Below are positions 13,576 through 20,000 of a DNA stretch of 20,000 bases, one piece after another. Origin of the DNA: an uncultured virus (IMG/VR IMGVR_UViG_3300025305_000013) (lineage: Duplodnaviria > Heunggongvirae > Uroviricota > Caudoviricetes). The stretch is taken from the IMG/VR virus record IMGVR_UViG_3300025305_000013, one strand, 5' to 3'. Positions within the stretch are counted from its first letter, which is position 1. Every line of letters starts with the position of its first letter. A model generated the notes under the pieces. That model made no database searches. It saw only the letters and a list, made by a program, of their open reading frames with translations, and had not been told where the DNA came from. A program made the translations under genes and the position numbers.

Positions 13576-15984
13576 TTAATCACCTTTCGTCTCTGTATCA
13601 GATGATCTTACATCTTTCAATATCTGACCATACGTTTTACTGATATCACCTTGTGCTTTCAACAAGGCTTCTTCTCTATCTTGAGCAACCTTCATTTCTG
13701 CAATTGCTTCTTGGGATTCTATCTTAGCTTGATCAACCCTTGCCCGTAAAGCATCACCTTGAGCTCTTTGTGCTATCTCTTCCTTCTTAAGTTCTACAAT
13801 CGGATCCATTTGAGCATTTTGCTGAGCTTCGATAAGAGCTTGTTGCTGACCTGTAACCTGCTGAGCGGCATTAGCGGCAGCTAGAGCAATTTCATTCATG
13901 AGTTGCTGAGCTTGCTCTTCTGGCATTCTTTGTATTTGATCAAGCGGCGGTAGTTGTTGTCCAAGAGCTTGTTCTATCTGCTGCTTATAGACCATAGCTG
14001 TATGTTCTTGTACATTGGCCTGTATTGACTGTAGCGCCACGGGATTTTGCTGCATCATTGGATTTTGTAAAAATGCACCATGTGCCGCTATATAAGCATC
14101 ATGATTTTGAAACTCAAATGCCTTAATAGGTTGCCCCATCATTGCGGCCTGTTGTTCACTTATCGGGTCTCGAGGGGGAACTTCTGGTGGAGGCGGTAAA
14201 ATTAGTTCTATATTCTTAACTTCTAATGCCTCGTACATTCTTTTATAGGCTTCTCGCAAATTATGTATATCTGGAGCAGCTTGGGCCATTTGTAGTTCTT
14301 GTTGCGCTAACATTACCCGTTGCGCCATACTAAATATGTTAGGATCACTGACTGGTATAATATCTACCCGATCATCAAAATCTGCTTGTTTTATTTCTTG
14401 ATTTCCACCGGCCACTGCGTATGGGTAAATTGGGGGGAGTGATCGAGAAAAGACACTAGCTAGGAGTCTAAATTCCTTCTTTTGAGCAAAATGAAGACGT
14501 TTATGTATAGCGGACATTACTTTTGTGCCACGCTCTAACATAGCCACTGTTGTGCCTACGGGCAGCTGTTGACTGCCAATATCTCCAACTTGCATGTCTG
14601 CAATAGAGGCAAATCGTCTACCAGAATCAATAAGAACACCTAATAATTGACTAAGTACCGCGCTAGGCTCTTTATAGGGTAGTGGCATCAATGCATCACG
14701 AATTGTGCCGCCTGGAACGTCTATATCCCTGAATTCTCCGGGTCTTAAGGGCTCATCTTCCCCTTGAACCCGCATTCCACGTGCTTTAAAGCCTGCGGGG
14801 AGGTTACTTAGCGTCCCTGCGTCAATTAATTGCCTTAAAACGGACGTTGCGGACTTTGTAAGTCCTCCAATCATGTGAATCAGGCCAAATCCGTAAAATC
14901 CAAGCCCCGGAAGGAACTTATAGTGTACAAAATACTCTTTTTTTCGGAATAATTCGTCACCTTGTTGCCAATTTCGCCTAATTGAGAGAATTTCGCCATT
15001 ATCTTCAAGGATTGTGACGATATAAGGCACCGCAAAGTCATATTCATCAACGCCGTCTAGCTCTAGATTCACATGAATTTCTAATAAAGTGTATTCATCG
15101 GAATCATTGGTCGGTTTGGACAACCCCTGAAGCTCATCTATCTTATCTTTTGCCTCATCTAAGGTCATTTCTCCCGGATTACCAATCTCAATATCCCTAT
15201 ACGCTCCGCTTAGTTGCATTTTGCGGACGTCATTACCGGTCATATTGATAGTGTGAGAGATTCTTGGGCTGGTTTCTAGATTAGTTGTGTCATAACTGAC
15301 TACTAAATCCTCCGCTTTTACAAAAGCAGACGTCGCACGGCCCAATAATGAATCAAAAAATACTTTTTTAAATGCACTTCCCGCCAAAGGTAGATAGAAA
15401 AGCAAACTATCCATATCTGGATCATATTCTTCCATCACTTCGGTGATTTGGTAGTTCATATACTCCTTTACACGCTGACATTGTGCCATCGTTTCAGGAG
15501 ATTCTGCGCCCACTATATTAGTAGCGACTGGACCATTAGCTGGGAGGAGTTCTTTATAGGCTTGAGCTTGAAATTGTGTTGCGGCTTCCGCAAGTAGCGG
15601 GTGAGTTACTCCACTCGCCCCCGGAAACGGCATATCTCGGTCTTCTGTTTTAATGCCGAGGAGATCTAACCCCTTACTAAAGGCATCTAACCAATCTTCA
15701 CGAGACGTTTTATCTTCTTCGTAGGCTGAGGTTAATTCAGAAGAAATTTCTTGTAGGACGTTTGGCTCTAGAACTTCGGTTAGATTTGTGGTGTGCTCGT
15801 TTTCTTGTGTTTGTACTGTATCGTCTAGAGCAACCATTTCTCCATCTGGGCCAACTTGAAATTCTACCCCGTTAGCCGTAGGATCTTCTTCAGGAACTTG
15901 TATAGTTAACTCTTCCTCATCATCTGGTTGCTTGAGAAAAGGAGAAGTTCCTTTATTCGGATATCTTTGGACTTCTATCGCCAT
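13576..15984 (-). CDS. Portal protein
   Basis: 802 aa directly after the terminase. Motifs WLDAFSKGLDLLG, HPLLAEAATQFQAQAYKELLP, YLPLAGSAFKKV and GFYGFGLIHMIGGL; long Gln/Ala-rich coiled-coil C-terminus. Confidence 0.88.
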   Translation of the reverse strand: MAIEVQRYPNKGTSPFLKQPDDEEELTIQVPEEDPTANGVEFQVGPDGEMVALDDTVQTQENEHTTNLTEVLEPNVLQEISSELTSAYEEDKTSREDWLDAFSKGLDLLGIKTEDRDMPFPGASGVTHPLLAEAATQFQAQAYKELLPANGPVATNIVGAESPETMAQCQRVKEYMNYQITEVMEEYDPDMDSLLFYLPLAGSAFKKVFFDSLLGRATSAFVKAEDLVVSYDTTNLETSPRISHTINMTGNDVRKMQLSGAYRDIEIGNPGEMTLDEAKDKIDELQGLSKPTNDSDEYTLLEIHVNLELDGVDEYDFAVPYIVTILEDNGEILSIRRNWQQGDELFRKKEYFVHYKFLPGLGFYGFGLIHMIGGLTKSATSVLRQLIDAGTLSNLPAGFKARGMRVQGEDEPLRPGEFRDIDVPGGTIRDALMPLPYKEPSAVLSQLLGVLIDSGRRFASIADMQVGDIGSQQLPVGTTVAMLERGTKVMSAIHKRLHFAQKKEFRLLASVFSRSLPPIYPYAVAGGNQEIKQADFDDRVDIIPVSDPNIFSMAQRVMLAQQELQMAQAAPDIHNLREAYKRMYEALEVKNIELILPPPPEVPPRDPISEQQAAMMGQPIKAFEFQNHDAYIAAHGAFLQNPMMQQNPVALQSIQANVQEHTAMVYKQQIEQALGQQLPPLDQIQRMPEEQAQQLMNEIALAAANAAQQVTGQQQALIEAQQNAQMDPIVELKKEEIAQRAQGDALRARVDQAKIESQEAIAEMKVAQDREEALLKAQGDISKTYGQILKDVRSSDTETKGD

Positions 15985-16006
15985 AGTTTACGTTACCGTT
16001 ATAAGT

Positions 16007-17527
16007 TCAATAATAGCTTATTTTCTTTTTGTATAATACTTCTTCTTCATAATCACTGGGTAACTTAATAAATCCACCTTGCCTGAATCTCATGAGAGCT
16101 TGGGTAGTGGAATCCACTAAATCATCATGGTCTCCGGCGGGGAACGCTGCACATTCTTCAATTACATCGTGTGCCCAGTTTGTATCAGGGTACCAAACCA
16201 TCCCAGATTCAAATAACGGAGCACAACTATTAACTCTGGCTACTTTGTCGCTGCCTTTTGATGGTGTGAAGTTCTGAACAGGAATCCCTACATTACGCAA
16301 CTCCTGAGTAAGCGGCATACCCGATGCTTTACCCTCAATAATCACTATATCAGGTTTATGGTGTTCATATTGTTTAAAGGCTTGACCTTTAAGTTCCGGG
16401 AAATTATATCGACCCTTAACCACGTCTATTAAAATAATATGAGGAGCATCACCATTATATATTTCGTCTCCACCTAAACGTCCTTCTGGATAAAATACTC
16501 CCCATGTGGTTATTGCTGAATAGTCTGCCATCTCTGATTTTAAAAATGCTGTGTCATAACTTTGGATAATATAGTCGCATTTAGGAGGCTTACTATTTGG
16601 CCATTCCATCCACCACTCCCGCTTAATTAATGCCCCTTCCTCGGAGGTCGGATTTTGCATGTATTGGGCGTGCCACTTTGGACCGCCTCTTAAACTTGCC
16701 TGAACACTTTCTAATTCTTCAATTGACCAATATTCTGGCCACAGTGCTTTACCGCTGGGCATTATTGCGGGAAGTTCGATTAACTCCCACTGGTCTGCTT
16801 TAGGATCTCGTGCCGCGTCTTTCAGTAATCTACCTGTTAAATCATTGACGTTCCACCGAGTCATGACTATGACTATAGCTCCTCCCGGCTGTAACCTTTG
16901 GCGGGGACCGCTAGTGTACCACTCATAGACATCTTCCATGGACTTGGGGTTCAAGGCGTCTTGTTCTGAATGAGGGTCATCAATAATAAACAAATCCGCA
17001 CCACGACCCGCCAAAGCACCCCCCACTCCCGCAGCATAATACTCCCCCTTTAACTTAGGATTATTCGTGTCTTGGGTTTCCCATTTTCCCGCTGCCTTAC
17101 TGTCTGGATTAATGGTTACGGAATCAAATATCTTCTTAAAATCCTCCATTAGCATCAAATCTCGAATCTTACGACCAAACTTCACCGCCAAATCTGCGGT
17201 ATGGGTTGCTTGTAAGATCTTGAGCGACGGATTACGGCCCACGAGATATGCAGGAAACATATGAGACGCAAATTCAGACTTCGTGTGCCGTGGCGGCATA
17301 TTAATGATTAATCGCTTTATCTTGCCAGTAGCAATACGATCAAAAGCCTCGGCCATGGTTTTGTGGTGAGCACCTTGTATAAAACTAGGCCATTGGCTCT
17401 TAACGAAGTCTAGAAAATTATTTTGACAGGTCTCTACCCGTTCAATCTCAGCTAACCTTTCGGAGAGCTCTAGGTGTTCTTTTAATACGTCTTCGGGTAA
17501 TTGTTCTAGTTCAGAACGAGTCGTCAT
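16007..17527 (-). CDS. terL: Terminase large subunit
   Basis: Walker A-like INMPPRHTKSE, Walker B LFIIDD, VMTRW coupling motif, YMQNP, and RNase H-like nuclease acidic residues (SYDTA, IIEGKASG, HDDLVDS). Confidence 0.95.
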   Translation of the reverse strand: MTTRSELEQLPEDVLKEHLELSERLAEIERVETCQNNFLDFVKSQWPSFIQGAHHKTMAEAFDRIATGKIKRLIINMPPRHTKSEFASHMFPAYLVGRNPSLKILQATHTADLAVKFGRKIRDLMLMEDFKKIFDSVTINPDSKAAGKWETQDTNNPKLKGEYYAAGVGGALAGRGADLFIIDDPHSEQDALNPKSMEDVYEWYTSGPRQRLQPGGAIVIVMTRWNVNDLTGRLLKDAARDPKADQWELIELPAIMPSGKALWPEYWSIEELESVQASLRGGPKWHAQYMQNPTSEEGALIKREWWMEWPNSKPPKCDYIIQSYDTAFLKSEMADYSAITTWGVFYPEGRLGGDEIYNGDAPHIILIDVVKGRYNFPELKGQAFKQYEHHKPDIVIIEGKASGMPLTQELRNVGIPVQNFTPSKGSDKVARVNSCAPLFESGMVWYPDTNWAHDVIEECAAFPAGDHDDLVDSTTQALMRFRQGGFIKLPSDYEEEVLYKKKISYY

Positions 17528-17536
17528 ACATTAGTC

Positions 17537-18163
17537 CTAATACCGAAGAGGCATTAATTGGCCACCCATATTATACTCCTGTGTAAACCCGTATTTTTCT
17601 AATACGGGTTCGTATCTTTCTTTGTTTAAGTGTATGCCTTCCACTGATTCAGGGTCTCTATATCGGTCATAGTGTAGATCTTTAAGAACTTGTCCTATAC
17701 CACTCCTCTGTTTCCAATATGGGCTTTCTATTTGATCTAAGTCCCCCCCGCTCATACCAACATCATAAAGTTCGTCTAAATACTTTTTATTTTCTTCTTC
17801 AGAAACAAACTCAGGGACATGACTCCATAACCTACTAGGAATGGTACTGGTTTTTTCTTTTAATGTTTCATAAGCACCTGATAAAGCTGTTGAAAAAGGG
17901 GTTTCTCTTAGTTGATCTATGTGTTTTACTTCTTCAGTTATAAATTCCTTAAACGCTTCAGGTGTTTCTCTAGCAGCCTTAGGAACATAAATAGTTAATT
18001 CGCCTGAAGGATTCCACCAACTACTGGGTCCGATGTGTCCTCTAGGGTGGGTTCCTCTCATCTTCAGTAAAAAATTCTTTATGGAATTTTCGTCTTCATC
18101 ATAATCAACTATTCTAATATTATGCTTGGCTAAATTTTCTGTAATTTTATTTACTTCGGACAC
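17537..18163 (-). CDS. Hypothetical protein, possible degenerate zincin-like domain, with C-terminal YNMGGQLMPLRY tag
   Basis: GTG start with AGGA RBS. ELTIYV...EFITEEVKHIDQ resembles an HExxH-x-x-Q helix with His replaced by Glu. Confidence 0.65.
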   Translation of the reverse strand: MSEVNKITENLAKHNIRIVDYDEDENSIKNFLLKMRGTHPRGHIGPSSWWNPSGELTIYVPKAARETPEAFKEFITEEVKHIDQLRETPFSTALSGAYETLKEKTSTIPSRLWSHVPEFVSEEENKKYLDELYDVGMSGGDLDQIESPYWKQRSGIGQVLKDLHYDRYRDPESVEGIHLNKERYEPVLEKYGFTQEYNMGGQLMPLRY

Positions 18164-18178
18164 TAGATTTTCCTAAAA

Positions 18179-19999
18179 TCAATACTTAAGATTCATTAAA
18201 GGTTTTTTGTACACAGCCCCACCGTCCTTAAATACAACTGTTTTAAATATTTCTTTAAGTTCTGGTGTTAACACTATTTCTAAAAACTCATTCCTATTTC
18301 CGTCGGTTACTTGTTCGGTCTTAAGTTCGATGCCGTATTCGGCTTCTATACGCTTTAAGCCGTCTTCAATACGTTTCTTATATATTGGGGCGAGTGCTTG
18401 AGCTGCCCGTCCGGGGTCATAATTTGTTTCATAACCTTCCCCCCAATTTGAAGTATCGGGGTACTCCGGGATTGGCTCTTCGTAGTCTCGTGCTCTAACT
18501 GGTCTGACCCTTGCGCCGGTTTGGTTTGTTATGGCGTAATCATTCATAGGAAAACGAACCGTATCTGCGCCTTGTTCTACGGCTTCGTTCAGGGATGTTT
18601 TCATATAGAGGGGGAACCATTCTTTAAAAAGAGGAGCGGGAGGTACCTCATCGACTGTCCTTCCTACAACCATTCGAGAAAATTTTGGAGAATATTTTTG
18701 TAGATTATCTGCTCTTGCGAGTCGTACAGCATTATATACCCTAGAAGAAATAGGACTCCCTGGCTCCGCAATGGTAGGTAAACTGGTAGGTGACTCATCA
18801 AGGTTAAAGCGAGTTTGGATCTCTTTCATTCTACGTTGGAAGTCTTGCTGTTGTTCTCGAGCAAGATTTTTCCAATCTTCTATAGTATGCCCTGACTTAT
18901 TGAGTACTTCTGTGAATTCATCGTAACTTGGCCAGTGAGTTGTACCACGTGACCACGCCTGATCATGTAAGAAGAGTTGCAACCCCAGTTCGTCGGGATT
19001 CTGGAGTCCTGTGACTGCGTCGTACTCTGACGCCGATGTAAGAAAAGATTCTATATTTTCCATAAACATAGGATCCCCCAATTGACTCGGATCATAGGGA
19101 TCTGGCACTGTTCTTTCGAGCATTCCTCTTGTGATATTAGGAGGAAACATACCAACATGACTCTCGATATCTAGTTTTGCGGCATTTGGGGACGTCCCCA
19201 TCTCATAAATACCGGATTGTCCTTCACCGGCAATATAAACTCTTTGATCGTTTATGTCATACATAGCTCCACGAGTAGTAAATATACGATTAGGTACATT
19301 TCGAATATGGTCCAGTTCGATATTTTCGTCAAACGGGCCTTGTTGCAAAGACCCGTCGGGTCTGGTCCGGAGACTGGAACCTGTGCCAACTTCTCTGTGT
19401 CCTGGGTCATTCAATAGTGTTGGCCTCCCCCAAGATTTTAGAACTTCGTCGGAAGGATTATAGGACCAACTAGATTCTAAATAGCGATTAGGATGCACTT
19501 GTGACATTGCCTGTTCCCAGTTGGCCGGGCTCGGGTGTTCGGGTATGTTGGGCATCAGATCTGAGTAAGCAGATTCGTCGGGCCAGTCGGGATCGTCTAT
19601 TCTTGAATCTTCTAGAAAGTTTTGTCTTAGGGTAGGCTTATTTTTGCCTATATTGTCCAGTATTTCTTGTATTGTTGCTTTTTTACCACGGAGCTCAGGC
19701 GAAATCCATTCGTTTAATTGACTTTCTACTGTGGTGCGTATTGGTCCTGGGGACTTGGCTTTGGTGCTTTTTATAACCTCTTCAACATCGTAGGCTTTAT
19801 CAGGGTTCCTAAAATCTGGGTTACTGAGGAGTTGTCTTTCGGCGTTGGTTTCAAAATTTAATCTACCTTCTTGAAGAGGACTCAAATCCTCAGTGAAATC
19901 GAGGGTTTCTCCGCTTGTCCAAGATCCAGCGTCAGTTCTGCCGTGTTCGTATCTTGCGTTTTGTTCTGCTCTATCACTTGTGTGTGTTCTTATAACTCT
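18179..19999 (-). CDS. Large hypothetical protein (5'-truncated), possible virion-internal/ejected protein, with C-terminal FKDGGAVYKKPLMNLKY tag
   Basis: The reading frame has no stop from 19885 to the window end (...RVIRTHTSDRAEQNARYEHGRTDAGSWTSGETLDFTED-LSPLQEG), so the true start probably lies beyond 20000. It is more than 600 aa, acidic and Pro-rich. Confidence 0.8.
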   Translation of the reverse strand, partial: RVIRTHTSDRAEQNARYEHGRTDAGSWTSGETLDFTEDLSPLQEGRLNFETNAERQLLSNPDFRNPDKAYDVEEVIKSTKAKSPGPIRTTVESQLNEWISPELRGKKATIQEILDNIGKNKPTLRQNFLEDSRIDDPDWPDESAYSDLMPNIPEHPSPANWEQAMSQVHPNRYLESSWSYNPSDEVLKSWGRPTLLNDPGHREVGTGSSLRTRPDGSLQQGPFDENIELDHIRNVPNRIFTTRGAMYDINDQRVYIAGEGQSGIYEMGTSPNAAKLDIESHVGMFPPNITRGMLERTVPDPYDPSQLGDPMFMENIESFLTSASEYDAVTGLQNPDELGLQLFLHDQAWSRGTTHWPSYDEFTEVLNKSGHTIEDWKNLAREQQQDFQRRMKEIQTRFNLDESPTSLPTIAEPGSPISSRVYNAVRLARADNLQKYSPKFSRMVVGRTVDEVPPAPLFKEWFPLYMKTSLNEAVEQGADTVRFPMNDYAITNQTGARVRPVRARDYEEPIPEYPDTSNWGEGYETNYDPGRAAQALAPIYKKRIEDGLKRIEAEYGIELKTEQVTDGNRNEFLEIVLTPELKEIFKTVVFKDGGAVYKKPLMNLKY

Positions 20000-20000
20000 T

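Noticed and set aside
17270..17310. Terminase Walker A reads PPRHTKS rather than PPRHGKS, suggesting inactivation
   Set aside because: The catalytic Lys-Ser and all other ATPase and nuclease motifs are intact and the frame is uninterrupted, so it is most likely a family variant.
8154..19463. Remaining short plus-strand ORFs (e.g. 10631-10948, 11250-11624, 16092-16277, 19217-19463)
   Set aside because: All lie opposite longer minus-strand genes in a uniformly minus-strand operon and have no recognisable motifs.
19883..19885. TTG start given by the ORF track for the 568-aa protein
   Set aside because: The frame stays open to the window end and there is no convincing RBS, so the gene is probably 5'-truncated.

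Overview
The window is the virion-morphogenesis region of a tailed dsDNA bacteriophage (Caudoviricetes). Gene content resembles uncultured aquatic/marine phages with a Mu gpT-like major capsid protein. All credible genes are on the minus strand and tightly packed. In transcription order (right to left) they are: two divergent proteins sharing a C-terminal tag, terminase large subunit, portal, two very basic micro-proteins, a small ORF, a GroES co-chaperonin, scaffold, two head-associated proteins, major capsid protein, an intrinsic terminator followed by a structured non-coding leader, head/neck/tail proteins (including two apparently paralogous adaptor-like proteins, a Zn-ribbon protein and a glycosyltransferase/DUF115-like enzyme), a repeat-rich tail fibre with a C-terminal intramolecular chaperone, a 2OG-Fe(II) oxygenase, a thermonuclease, and the start of a probable membrane protein. 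No tRNA, rRNA, CRISPR array or mobile element was seen. The most interesting signals are (i) a shared aromatic-x-x-GG...LMxL[KR]Y C-terminal tag on otherwise unrelated proteins, echoed by GG repeats in a basic micro-protein, which suggests a capsid cargo-addressing or processing system; (ii) a switch-like, pseudoknot-capable RNA leader downstream of the capsid gene; and (iii) modifying enzymes embedded among structural genes. All family assignments come from motif recognition and synteny only; no searches were run.
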